In this document: positions 11,568 through 24,329 of the stretch, piece by piece
Position numbering within the stretch: position 1 is the stretch's first letter
Layout of the letters: each line of letters begins with the position of its first letter
From: Octopus sinensis
Taxonomy: Eukaryota
Direction of reading: 5' to 3'
Assembly: GCF_006345805.1 (NCBI RefSeq)
Contig: NC_042999.1
Span: forward strand, 156,984,001-157,048,000
DNA length: 64,000 nt
Program-made: the position numbers and the translations under genes
Notes under the pieces: generated by a model
The model's database searches: none
What the model was told of the DNA's origin: nothing
The model's input: only the letters and a program-made list of their open reading frames with translations

Positions 11568-14133
11568 CAATATCAGTTTCAAAGCTAAACTACCAAGAAG
11601 CAAGCAACAGTTAAATGCTATTCTTTTGAATGTGAACCTCACATTTATTACATATATAGTTTCCACATTCTTCTTATTCATTGTTCTATGCATAACCTCC
11701 TTGTGTTCACTAAAATGCATCTTTACGTGATTAACCCTTTAGTGTTCACATTATTCTGCCAAAATTAATGCTTTTTTATCCACATTGTTTTGAACTAATC
11801 AGGCATTATCCTGTAGCTTTGATATTTTGATGGGTTAGCTGTTAATTTTTAAAATATTGTAGGGTTGGTGTGAGAGACCAGATCTGGCCAGTTTGAACAT
11901 AAAACAGGCAGAATACTTTTGGCCGGATATGGCCGATTTAAATGCTAAAGGGTTAATGAAAGTACCTTTTCAAAATTAGTATTAAAGAAAAAATTTTCGA
12001 TTTGCTGTTACTTTTACAGTATAGAATAAAATTAACATCAGAATGAGACATAAGATTGAACAGCTTTTCATTGATGTTCTGAAATCTAATTTTTCAGTCC
12101 TAAATGCTCTCCATAGCCCTTAGCCTCTTATTCAACTATCTGTTTACATTAAAGCAGTTAATAATAATAATAATAATAATAATCATCATTTAACGTCCAT
12201 CTTCTTCTGGCCAGTTAGAAAACTACCCAAGTCTACTGTGTCTGTTTTGGCAGGAATTTTACAACTGGATGCCCTTCCTGACACCAACCACTTTGCAGAG
12301 TGGGCTCAGTGCTTTTTACGTGGCACTAGCACAGACAAGGTCAGTTTTGGTATGGTGTTTACAGCTGGATGCCCTTCCAAATGCCAACCATTTTACAGTG
12401 TGGACTGGTTACTTTTAACATGACACCAGCACTGGCAGGGTAACCAAGTAACTCGCAAGACAAAGAATTATGAGAGGGGCAGGGGCACTTGAGGAAGGGA
12501 ACTTGTGTCAGAGGATGAAAGGTTAGAGTGTAGCAGAGGCAGAAACGGGTCTTTTGCTATAATGGAGGGGGCATTGGAGGAGGTGACCCAGTATCGGATG
12601 ATGAAAGATTGTGACAAAAATTAGAGAGGCAGAAATAGGTGCCTTGCATAGAATATATATTCAATAATTATCATCGTTGTTTAATGTCTGCTTTCCATGC
12701 TAGCATGGGTGGGACGGTTTCACAAGAGCTGGCCAGGCAGAAGCCTGCACCATACTTCAGTGACTGTTTTGGCAGGATTTTTACTGCTTGATGCCCTTCC
12801 AAACACCAACCACTCAGCAGAGTGGACTAAGTGCTTTTTACGTGGCACAAGCACAGGTGAGGTCAGTTTTGGCAAGGTTTTTACAGCTGGATGCCCTTCC
12901 TAACACCAACCACTCAGCAGAGTGGACTTATATAGAACAGATTTTAGTTGAGGGTGTTGTCATTGACTTCACCTTTCATCCTTTTGGTGGGCAGTAAATT
13001 AGAAATACCACTCGGGTACTGGGGTCAGTGTAATCAACCCACTTTACCAAAATTTTAGGAATTTTGCCAGTAGTAGAACAAGTTCTTATTGGTAACTAAG
13101 AGTTTCTCTCTTAATAAGCATGATTAAAGGAATGCAATGACTGTATAAATTCTGCAGTTTCTGAGAGAAATAAGTTGAGTATAATTTGATGTTAAGTTAG
13201 ATGCAATGTAAAGTTCAGGTGTTCAGAGAAAGTGGTGAGTGTTAAAGTAAACAAACAGCTAATTCTCCTGTATTAACTTGTGATATGAATGGATTTCAGT
13301 GTGATCGTTGAAGTTCTGTATACTGGCAGTGTAAGTGCCTGAGAAAGACTAGGGAAGTGGTCAGGTTAAATCTCAAACTATGTAAATCATATAAGCAGAA
13401 GTGAAGTTTGTGTTAACATAATTAGTGCTGTATCAGAAACCTGTTAAAAATATTTGAGTTTAGCAAATTCAAATCGATCTGGCACAAGTAAAGATAAATT
13501 GCTAAATTAAAGCTTGTTTATGTATTGTGAAGTGTTACTGATTGGATATATAATTTGTTGAAAATTATAAATCTTAAGAATTGTATTTGAAGTGAGACAA
13601 TGTATGGTGAGAGTTGGGCAAAGAGAATTTCCAAGATTGCAGAGATTGTAAAATTTGCAGAGTAAGAAGTCATCATCATCGTTTGACGTCCGTTTTCCGT
13701 GCTAGCACGGGTTGGATGGTTTGACCGGGGTCTGGGAAGCCAGGAGGCTGCACCAGGCTCCAGTCTGATCTGGCAGTGTTTCTACAGCTGGATGCCAGAG
13801 CAGCCAACTGGCTTCCGTGCCAGTGGCACGTAAAAGGGCACCGTTCGAACGTGATCATTACCAAAGTCGCCTTACTGGCACCTGTGCTGGTGGCATGTGT
13901 AAAAGGATTCAAGCGAGGTCGTTGCCAGTACCACCTGACTGGCCCCCGTGCCGGTGGCACATAAAAAGCACCCACTACACTCTCGGAGTGGTTGGCGTTA
14001 GGAAGGGCATCCAGCTGTAGAAACTCTGCCAAATCAAGATTGGAGCCTGGTGCAGCCATCTGGTTCACCAGTCTTCTGTCAAATCGTCCTACCCATGCTA
14101 GCATGGAAAGCGGACGTTAAACGATGATGGTGG

Positions 14134-14474
14134 TGGAAGCACTCCGTCGGTTATGACGATGAGGGTTCCGGTTGATCCAATCAACGGAACAGCCTGCTCG
14201 TGAAATTAACGTGTAAGTGGCTGAGCTCTCCACAGACACGTGCACCCTTAACGTAGTTCTCGGGGATATTCAGCGTGACACAGAGAGTGACAAGGCCGGC
14301 CCCTTGAAATACAGGTACAACAGAAACAGGAAGTAAGAGAGAGAGAAAGTTGTGGTGAAAGAGTACAGCAGGGATCACCACCATCCCCTGCCGGAGCCTC
14401 GTGGAGCTTTTAGGTGTTTTCGTTCAATAAACACTCACAACGCCTGGTCTGGGAATCGAAACCGCGATCCTACG
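14134..14474 (-). mobile_element. Family C SINE, 5'-truncated, inserted in the (GAT)n tail of a family B element
   Basis: Matches the other C copies; GAT repeats on both sides. Confidence 0.88.
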
Positions 14475-14713
14475 ATGATGATGATGAAGATGATGACTAA
14501 TCATTCTGATCTAGCTGACAAGGAACAATTGTATTTCGATCGGGAAGGCATTTTAATATGAAACATGTGACTTGACCTGAGCGGTAAAGTGTATCCGCGA
14601 AATGATATCCTGCAGGATGTCTGTATGGTTGCCTGGTTTGAGAACTGCACATTTTTTTTTTTTTTTTCTGCTGCAAGGATATTGTTTGCTGCATAACGGG
14701 AGAAAATGCAGCA

Positions 14714-15127
14714 ATCTTTCGTCTCTAGTAGACCTTTCCGTCGATTTCCGTAAAAGAATTTTTTTTTTTACATATGGGCTTGCGGGAACTTTTGAAGTAA
14801 TGAGAGCGAAAGAGACTAAGAGAAAGCAGCGATTGTATGACGAGGGAAGTTCTTTTGAAGTTACCTCTGTCTCTTCACACACACTAACAGAAGCACTTCA
14901 CTTACACAACATACTGTCTGTCTCCCACACTCCATCAAACACACACACACACACATGTACATCAATGCTCCTATGCACGGTAACTTCAAAAGAACTTCCC
15001 TCGCATACAATCGCTTTCTTTTAGTCTCTTTCGCTCTCATTACTTCAAAAGTTCCCGCAAGCCCATATGTAAAAAAAAAAAAAAATTTTACGGAAATCGA
15101 CGGAAAGGTCTACTAGAGACGAAAGAT
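14714..15127. mobile_element. Foldback/MITE with inverted arms of about 150 bp
   Basis: 14714-14865 is the reverse complement of 14979-15127, around a CA-rich spacer. Confidence 0.8.
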
Positions 15128-15517
15128 CGCCGAAAATGCTTCAAAGAAATTGAATATTCTCAAACGATACAACTCGCCGAAGGATATCTGGCATGTTTGA
15201 TGATATGGAAAATATAGCATTTTGATAATTAAAGCGGGTTCGATAGGTATCTTTATTGTTTAGCACGAAGGGCTCCCAAACATATTATCTTTATGCTCAG
15301 TTGCTTGTATACGCAAGAGGTCATTTCTTATCTGGGTGTCTTATCTTAAGAAGTGTTTACTTCTTTATCAATTAGTAACTTGTTTAAACTACTCATTCAT
15401 ACGCATTTTATGTTGTAGCAACCTTTGCGTAGTGACGCACACACGCACATATTCTCAACTTATTTCCGTAGCAAAGAAACACTTCATACAATGAATGTGA
15501 AAAACACTTATTTATTA

Positions 15518-15906
15518 GGCGCAGGAGTGGCTGTGTGGTAAGTAGCTTGTTTACCAACCACATGGTTCCGGGTTCAGTCCCACTGCGTGGCACCTTGGGC
15601 AAGTGTCTTCTGCTATAGCCCCGGGCCGACCAATTCCTTGTGAGTGGATTTGGTAGACGGAAACTGAAAGAAGCCTGTCGTATATATGTATATATATATA
15701 TGTATGTGTCTGTGTTTGTCCCCCTAGCATTGCTTGACAACCGATGCTGGTGTGTTTACGTCCCCGTCACTTAGCGGTTCGGCAAGAAGAGACCGATAGA
15801 ATAAGTACTGGGCTTACAAAGAATAAGTCCCGGGGGTCGATTTGCTCAACTAAAGGCGGTGCTCCAGCATGGCCGCAGTCAAATGACTGAAACAAGTAAA
15901 AGAGTA
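15518..15906 (+). mobile_element. Family A SINE, full length
   Basis: Complete from head to tail. A more degenerate copy lies at 17069-17395. Confidence 0.9.
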
Positions 15907-16546
15907 TTAAAGTAATACTTTCCGTCACATTTAAAAATAATATACTTTTTCCAACCTCCTCATGCCGGCCAAAAGCTCTATGTTGCCCCATCCCATAAAT
16001 TTCTCTCAAATGTATTGCTTGTAGTATGTATGTATATATGTGTGTGTGTTGAGGGTAACTACTTGTCTATAAGCGTTATCAGAGTGAAAGAGAAGGCCTA
16101 AATTAGAGTAAATAAACATTGTGCTCGCTCCTCTTTCTGCAATAAAAAAATATGTAGACTATATGCTGAACGAAACATTTCCTGTTGTTGTTTTTGACGG
16201 ATGAAAACGCAGTGGGTGTTTTTACAGGCTAAATTTTGTGATATCCTACAATAAATAAATATGAAATATTTAAAATGCTAGTTGATCTCGTAACATTAAG
16301 CGTCAGTCACTCACTTATGGCTAATAAAAAAGACAAGCTTCTAATTCATTCCCCCACTTTAGGATCAGCAATGTAAATTGCTATAATAATGGTCTCAGAC
16401 CACAGTATTACTGCCATGCTTACAAAACCAAAAACAACAACAGCAAAGAAACGGCGCAAATTTGATTCCATCAACACGATTAAGAAAGCAATAATGGAAC
16501 TCAGAGACAATCGCACAGACATTATACCAATATAACATAAAAATAA

Positions 16547-16957
16547 GGATCTTTTCGGTTTGAACGGCAGTTTTTAACATAATTTCTAGGTAACTAAAAA
16601 ATTTTAAACTTCGTATACTGGTAGAATGTGTTTATAAAACATCTTTTTCTCTTGGCTTTATTGAGATAATTCTATGGTTTGTAAGATATTTGTTGTTTTT
16701 TTTCTCTTCAATTTCTGCAATTTCAACCAATCAATGACGTATTGAGGTAAAAAAACATTCTGTGCTGTATGAATATGTCCCTCATTTAAGAAACAGATTG
16801 GATTTATTTACATTTGTGAAGAAAAAAAGATACCCTTCCCCCCACCCTAACCCTAAAATAGATTGAAATGCAATAGATCGATACTAGGGTCATAATTATG
16901 GGTGACAATTTCATATGACACCGCTAGAAAAAACTGCCGTTCAAACCGAAAAGATCC
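16547..16957 (+). mobile_element. GGATC-TIR MITE
   Basis: Perfect TIRs; aaaataa on both flanks. Confidence 0.92.
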
Positions 16958-17460
16958 AAAATAATTCAAACAAAGCGAAAATACATATAACATCATTAAA
17001 AATAATACCCTACCCCACCTCCTGATTGAGTAAGGAATTTCAGAAAAAATATTAACAGAACATTGTTAGGTGCAGGCGTGGCTGTGCGGTAAAAAGTTTG
17101 CTTCCCAGTCACGCGGTTCTGGGTTCAGTTCTACTGCGCGGCACCTTGGACAAATGTCTTCTACTATAGCATTGGATCAACTAAATCATTGTGAGTAGAT
17201 TTCGTGGATGGATACTGAAAGAAGCCCATCATATGTTATGTGTACCTATATTTGCCCCACCGCTTGACAATCGGTGCTAGAATAAGAACCAGACATTAGA
17301 AAGTAAGTACTGGGATTGGTTCGTTCAACTAAAATTTTTCAAAGCGATGCTCCGGCATGGCCGCAGTCTAATCACTGAAACAAGTGAAATAGAAAAGGAA
17401 CAACCACATCAAACCAGAAGAAAATCATTGTAAGTAGCTCTTTCCTCTTTTCCTTCTAAC

Positions 17461-18660
17461 ATGACCGTGCTCAGAATTGGCAGTATAAATGCACGTGGGG
17501 TCGCTTTGGAAGTAAGGTTACGTACTCAATGACCTCAGGTCATCACGTACAAATGCTGTAACCATCAACGTGAGCAGACTTTCCGATTCACAAGTTTTTG
17601 TGGTCATTTTCGGGGGATGATGGGAGGAAGGAGGAACTGCAGTACAGTTCTGGAAAGGTTTGGATCCAGAAGTAAGTTGGTGGTCCTGGATGTGAACGGT
17701 AGCGAAGGAGTGACTGATAGTTGTGTTATGCTCTGACAGGGAAGGGACAACCGAATTTTTTCAGAGATCTAGAGGTTTTCTTGGGAACGTCCCTACCTTT
17801 AGTGCTGGTGGGCAACTAGAACATCTTGAATGCACATTTGGAGTGTGGGTGGATAGGAGAGAGGAGTGCAAAAAGCTTCGCAAAACTGACCAGACGTTTC
17901 CAACTGTTTCATAGGTACTGACTAGGTTTCCCGAATGTGCCACTGGGGGAACCGCATCGGGTCACTTAGATTGTTTTTAAACAGGGTATTCTGTAGGCCA
18001 GTAGCTAAGGGTAGAATAGGTTATCCACTTTTTAAAATTGTTGGTCACACAGATCATAAATTTGTGATTTGTACAGTCGACCTAGATATGCTTCGTAAGC
18101 AAGGTTACTGGAAGTTGAATGCGCCCGTCAAGAACAAATGGTGGTTTTCTCTAAATCAGGCGCTAAAAAGAGTGGAATCAATTAGGTCGTACCGATAGAA
18201 ATAGAAGGAAACTCAGAAACTTATGAATGGCATCGCAACCGACGTGTTGGTAACAAGATTGACTCTTGACCAATTCTTCAATGCCGATTCCAATTCTTCG
18301 CAAGGAAACGAAAACTGCTGTACAGGGTCGAGTGGCGGAGGCGCAACGTAGAAATAGTCGCTTTTTGGTGAGCCAAAATGGGCGCATCGTACTCGAGCCC
18401 AAGTAGATGTGACCGGCATTTCAGCAGCACTCCGCTCGACTGTTTCGGATGAGTAGCGAAGCGGAGTGCAGAATGGACTTCAGAGCCTATCCCGATGGTC
18501 TGCTGCAATTCTCAGAAAAGGAGGCGGAGCGTCGCAAAAACCCAATACAGGAAATGATGATTAGCTGCACGGGGAACAAATCACCTGATTTGGCTGGTCT
18601 ACCTCACAAGTTTTACCTATATATGCCAGACTTGTTTGGAGGCCTCTTGACGGACATCTA
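17461..18660 (+). mobile_element. Tx1/L1-type LINE ORF2 remnant (AP endonuclease to start of RT)
   Basis: MTVLRIGSINARG, GHTDHKFV, GYWKLNA, KSPDLAGLPHKFYLYMPDLFG; many stops and frameshifts. Confidence 0.75.
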
Positions 18661-18666
18661 CCCAAT

Positions 18667-19709
18667 TGTGTCCACTACTCTGATTGGTTGGTATTGGCGC
18701 AACTTGTCTCTTGTTCTATCGCGAGCCAATATGCAACCCAACAAATCGCAGTCTGTTCTAAACCCCAGTTTGAGCCGACTGCTCCCTGTGAAACTCCGGC
18801 TTCACATCGTCTCGATGTCTTTGGTCCCAGACCTTTTAAGGTCTAGCCACTGACCACACAAGACACAGCCAGTTCCATCGACAACGTAAGACGCCCAGGT
18901 TCAACACAGCACTGTTCGTGAATCACTTCACCCTGAATCAACAGTAAATATTCAACCTGTGAGCCAGATGACAACACTCGTCCAATAGCATTACGGCAAT
19001 CTCTTTCTTCGTCGCCACTACCATCTTCTTAACGTCGTCAACATCATCTTTCTACGTACACAGCAACCAGCACCTCGCACAGGTTGCAACATAGCACTGT
19101 TTGTGAATTACTTCACCATGGTTAACAGCAAATACAACCTGCGAGAACTCCTGTACCGAGTAGCCCAGGCAGCAGCATCACAGCCACAACTTCACGTATA
19201 TGTACCTCAACCGGCTTTGCATCGCAGCCACAACTTCACGTACGACATGTACCTCGACCGGCTCTGCATCACATCCACAACTTCACGTAAGACTTACCTC
19301 AACCGGCTCTGCATCATCGCCGCAACTTCTTGATACAGAATTTCAACTGTCGTGTACAATTGACTACGAACTGGTATTTCTCATTCTTGTGTCTATAAAC
19401 ATTCTTCTAACTTCTCAATATAGACTCTTTCAATGCTCTGTACATGTCGCACACACAGTCACACATGTTAACATATCAATAAATCTTCACTTAAACATTC
19501 TACACCGGTTGTATCTCTCTTTTTTTTCCTCTGGCACATATACTCATTTATTCTTCTTATATTTATTGTATCGACCGTGTGATGTACTAAGGAGCCATTC
19601 TCGTCACCTTGCTTCGCACGGTCGTTACAAAGTAATTCCAAATCGCGCACTAAATCATTTAACATCCTCTTGATTTAATAAATGTGGGAAACTAGTCGCA
19701 TCTGCAACA
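18667..19709 (+). mobile_element. Putative solo-LTR-like element
   Basis: Begins TGTGTCCACTA..TGATTGGTTGG, as does 23109. AATAAA at 19677, ends ...GCAACA, with three internal repeats of about 47 bp at about 19170-19330. No TSD found. Confidence 0.4.
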
Positions 19710-20080
19710 TAGACACCATCTTTCTCTATTTCTATATCACTAGCAGAATCTTCAGATAAAAACGCTCTACTTGACTGTCACGTAGGGTTTGACCGTTGGG
19801 CCGTTACTATGCTCTTAATTCAGTTTTGCCTACTCGGGATAAATTTTATTGATCGATACCGAAGATGGTAAATAAGAAAAGGTCAAAATGATATACGAGG
19901 TGAGATGAAGTGAAACTGGTGAGTGACGATTCATTCTCCGTTACAAAATACATTGATTGCCATATATGAAATAAAATAAATGTAACAGGTTACAACAAAG
20001 ACGTGTGAGAGACTTCGTGGTTAGGCTGGACTGTTGATCGTTATAGACAATGTTGACGTACTGTTTGGTGGTGTGTAGAT

Positions 20081-20444
20081 AGTGGAGGCGCAATGGCCCA
20101 GTGGTTAGGGCAGCGGACTCGCGGTTTCGATTCCCAGACCGGGCGTTGTGAGTGTTTATTGAGCGAAAACACCTAAAGCTCCACGAGGTTCCGGCAGGGG
20201 ATGGTGGTGATCCCTGCTGTACTCTTTCACCGCAACTTGCTCTCACTCTTACTTCCTGTTTCTGTTGTACCTGTATTTCAAAGGGCCGGCCTTGTCACGC
20301 TGAATATCCCCGAGAACTACGTTAAGGGTACATGTGTCTGTGGAGTGCTCAGCCACTTACACGTTAATTTCACGAGCAGGTTGTTCCGTTGATTCGGATC
20401 AACCGGAATCCTCATCGTCGTAACCGACGGAGTGCTTCCATCCA
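20081..20444 (+). mobile_element. Family C SINE with 11-bp TSD
   Basis: TSD ggtgtgtagat at 20070-20080 and 20445-20455. Confidence 0.92.
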
Positions 20445-20738
20445 GGTGTGTAGATGCAGCCGTTGGTCTATTGGTTGTGTGGTGTTCATACAGCAACGAT
20501 GTAAGCAGGTGTCTGGTGGAGGGGAAAGCGGAGACTAGCTGGTGTCGGACACATCGCTGTCGAGACGAGCTGCGTGCAGTCAGTGGCGTCTACCAAAGAC
20601 CTAAAGCAGTCGAGAACTGTCGTTCTTATAGAGATCAGAGGCTCCCAGAGCTGGTGATTAATTTCCCGCGTAAGGAAAAACGAACTGCTGCGCCAACACG
20701 ATTGGACGGCTGGAAACCGACCAATACGAACAAGTTCG

Positions 20739-21168
20739 GGATCTTTTCGGTTTGAACGGCAGTTTTTAACATAATTTCTAGGTAACTAAAAAATTTTAAA
20801 CTTCGTATACTGGTAGAATGTGTTTATAAAACATCTTTTTCTCTTGGCTTTATTGAGAAAATTCTATAGTTTGTAAAATATTTGTTGTTTTTTTCTTCTT
20901 CAATTTCTGAAATTTCAACCAATCAATGACGTCTATTGCGGTAAAAAAAACAACATTCTGTGCCGTATGAATATGTCCCTCGTTTAAGAAACAGATTGGG
21001 TTTATTTACATTTGTGAAGAAAAAAAAGATACCCTTCCCCCACCCCTAACCCTAACCCTAACCCTAAAAGAGATTGAAATGCAGTAGATCGATTCTAGGG
21101 TCATAATTATGGGTGACAATTTCATATGACACCGCTAGAAAAAACTGCCGTTCAAACGGAAAAGATCC
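20739..21168 (+). mobile_element. GGATC-TIR MITE with 8-bp TSD and (CCCTAA)4
   Basis: TSD caagttcg at 20731-20738 and 21169-21176; CCCTAA x4 at 21044-21067. Confidence 0.93.
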
Positions 21169-21479
21169 CAAGTTCGGCTGATCACAAGGTCATGTGACCT
21201 GCTGGAACAAAAAGGCCTGTGGAGCTGATATCCAGGTATTTAAGCCTAAACAACCGCGTTGAAAACATCTCGCACGTAATGACAGAGTGAATCATTGCTG
21301 CTACAGATCAGAATCATTAGAATGTGTATATTGTTGGCAAACAAAAATTACTTTAACCTTGAAAACCTAGTTTAATATGATTAGCATTAAGACGATTAAA
21401 ACCAAACTTGGACGTGATAGGAAATTTTACTAAATGATTTGCATATTACACAAAATCTAGACGTGATAGAAAAAAAATC

Positions 21480-21890
21480 GGATCTTTTCGGTTTGAACGG
21501 CAGTTTTTTCTAGCGGTGTCATATGAAATTGTCACCCATAATTATGACGCTAGTATCGATCTATTACATTTCAATATGTTTTAGGGTTAGGGGTGGGGGG
21601 AAGGGTATCTTTTTTTCTTCACAAATGTAAATAAACCCAGTCTGTTTCTTAAACGAGGGACATATTCATACGGTACAGAATTTTTTTACCTCAATAGACG
21701 TCATTGATTGGTTGAAATTGCAGAAATTGAAGAAAAAAAAACAACAAATATCTTACAAACTATAGAATTTTCTCAATAAAGCCAAGAGAAAAAGATGTTT
21801 TATAAACACATTCTACCAGTATACGAAGTTTAAAATTTTTTAGTTACCTAGAAATTATGTTACAAACTGCCGTTCAAACCGAAAAAATCT
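21480..21890 (-). mobile_element. GGATC-TIR MITE
   Basis: Reverse-oriented family copy. Confidence 0.9.
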
Positions 21891-22079
21891 AATAGATCTG
21901 AAATTAGCATAGCAAAATTAGTTAAGAACGCCTATTTGGTCTTCTGTAACAAAATGCTGCTTAGCGTAATTGATCCATGCTATGCATACATTTGTTGATT
22001 TTGGCGGTTCCTTCAAACTATCGTATCGCTCTTTAACTGGTCTTTCGTTTCCCTACTTTTTCCTTTCTGTTTATCAAGT

Positions 22080-22472
22080 ACTAGCAGTATCGCCCGGCGT
22101 TGCTCGGATTTGTAAGGGAAATAACTATAAAGCATTTTTAGAGTTATAGCCAAAAATAACAAAAAAATGCATTAAAAATGGAAAAAAAATTATGGTAATT
22201 TTTTTTTAATCGTTGACTCATCGTAGACATTTTTAGAGAGTTACTTCCCTTATATAATAGCAAAAAATGCATTAAAAATGGGAAAAAATGATGGTAATTT
22301 TTTTTTAAATCGTTGACTCATTGTAGACGCGCGCTAATACCCAGAAGGGCTCGATATGAATCACGACTATAAGATACCCGCTTTTGGTTACACTGCACCG
22401 CAAAATGTGGGAGTAGTTAGAAATCTAAATCGTAGAAGACAGACAGCACACAACCTCACTTTTATATATAAA
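22080..22472. mobile_element. Helitron/Helentron-associated non-autonomous element (DINE/Lep1-like)
   Basis: actagcagtatcgcccggcgttgctcgg at one end; acagacag and cttttatatataaag at the other. A similar architecture is seen at about 37160-37395. Confidence 0.55.
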
Positions 22473-23108
22473 GTTTAGGCTTTTCTCATATACATCTCGT
22501 TATTCCTCCCTGGAGCTTGTTTTCCGTTTTGCCATTTTTTGTTGTTGTTTTGTTTTGTTTTAAATGAGTGGTTGTCACTTAATTGCCCAGTAATCTGAAG
22601 TAAAGTTCGCTTTCGATTTGTCTCTTTCAGTATCAAACAGGTTCGTTGAGTTAATCACGAAAGTACTTCGACATACACTAATTTAGCTGCATCGCTTCTC
22701 TTTCGTGATAATTCGTAGACTTTTAGTCGGTAACTATTGATATGATTTGATCCTGCAACTTTCCACTTTCATACCTTTCCGATTGCTTTCGAATATTTAT
22801 TTTCGTCACGGTAAAATCTTTTTGCACCTCAATATTTTTAGAGTAATTTCCACTTGCTTTATCCATTATGCTTTATAATTTTTCTGGATATCTTTTTAAA
22901 AAATTTCTCTCCAAAATATTCGGTTGCAGTGCGATTTCTGAAGTATAATTCTAAAGGTGTATTTGTACGTGCGCGAGTGAGTGAACGTCTGATTTTCATA
23001 TGCCTTGTAGCAATATTGTTTTCTTCATTGCTATCTTCACCGTTTGAGAGAAATATTAAGAATGATCTCGTTTGAGATTACAAACACCTTTGGCTAGTTT
23101 AACGTTGT

Positions 23109-23845
23109 TGTGTCCACTATTTTGATTGGTTGGCATCTAAGCGCGGTCTGTCTCTCTACTTATTTCGCGCCACTGGCCAAAGCCAACCAATCACGGCCTT
23201 TGGTTAAGATTCCATTTCTGAGGCTCGTTTGAGCCACCCAACCGGTATATAAAGGAGTGTTTTCAGACACTTTTTGTCTTTGGTTTCTAGTCCTTATGAG
23301 GACTAAACCTCTGACCACAGAGCTACTCAACATGTTCCAGTCACAGCGACAGACGATCAGCCACGACGACGCTAATGTACACTCACCACAGAAAGCCTTC
23401 TATCTCCGCCGCCGTCGTCACCATCATTGTACCAACATCGTCTCCATCTACGAAGATTCAACTTGTACACGACAAGATAAATACAGATTCAACTCATGCT
23501 GTTAGTGTGAAAATCTCACCGCGGAAAAACAGTTGCAGTATATATATCTAGAAGAATATCTATATCAAGAGAAAGATAAGCACAAGTGATTCAACTAATC
23601 TCAGCTCCGAGACACATCTTGATATTGAACGCTTACACTTCGTGTACCTCATGAACAGTAAATCAATTTCCATCATTAACTCTATGCTCTGTACCTACTA
23701 TGTCACACGCTTTCACCCTTATTGTATCTGTCACACACACGCACACACGCACTTGCTAGCACTCACAACCTTCTAACCTTAACACCAATTGTAAATAAAA
23801 CCTTATCTTCTCTCAAACAGTGGAGCGGCTTTGTCGTCAATTCAC
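23109..23845 (+). mobile_element. Putative solo-LTR-like element related to 18667
   Basis: Shared 5' motif, CCAAT boxes, TATATAAA at 23246 and AATAAA at 23794. Confidence 0.45.
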
Positions 23846-24329
23846 CTATGTTCTTTTGGTACTGCATTGTATTTATGGCTTATAATAATTCGTTAAGAAT
23901 ATAACCACGTGCAATCGTATTCCCTACACAATGCGACCACGTGCGTTCATATTTCTTACAGCCTGTTTGTGTATGCATTTATGCCGGGTTATGGTCAGTT
24001 ATTAAAACCACACGTTCACTATTTCATTGACATGTGGTTTTTAAAATTTGATTGTTGGTGTTTGTGAATGTGTCTGTCTGCTTGTGAGTGAACTTTTGGA
24101 TTGGTGATAGCTAAAAAAATTGAAGGTTTATTTTGACCAGCGCAAAAGGTTTTACATGGCCTATTGTATCTATGTGTGTATATAGCATATATACGCGTGC
24201 ATGTGTCTGCGCACGTTAAAGATTTAGTTTAATCCATTGAAGAATGTGTTGTTTGTAATACAGGTTTTTGGGTGTGTATGCGTGAGTATGTGTATGTGTG
24301 TTACGGTCAAGGGTTTTTCTCTCTGTGTG

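Larger units (their letters stand above)
19981..21284. mobile_element. Putative LTR-like element (TGT...ACA) interrupted by a SINE and a MITE
   Basis: tgtaac...gtaatgaca termini and a GC-rich interior. No TSD found. Confidence 0.35.

Noticed and set aside
19170-19330. Three 47-bp repeats as a CRISPR-like array
   Set aside because: Contiguous tandem units with no unique spacers, in a eukaryotic context, with no cas genes.
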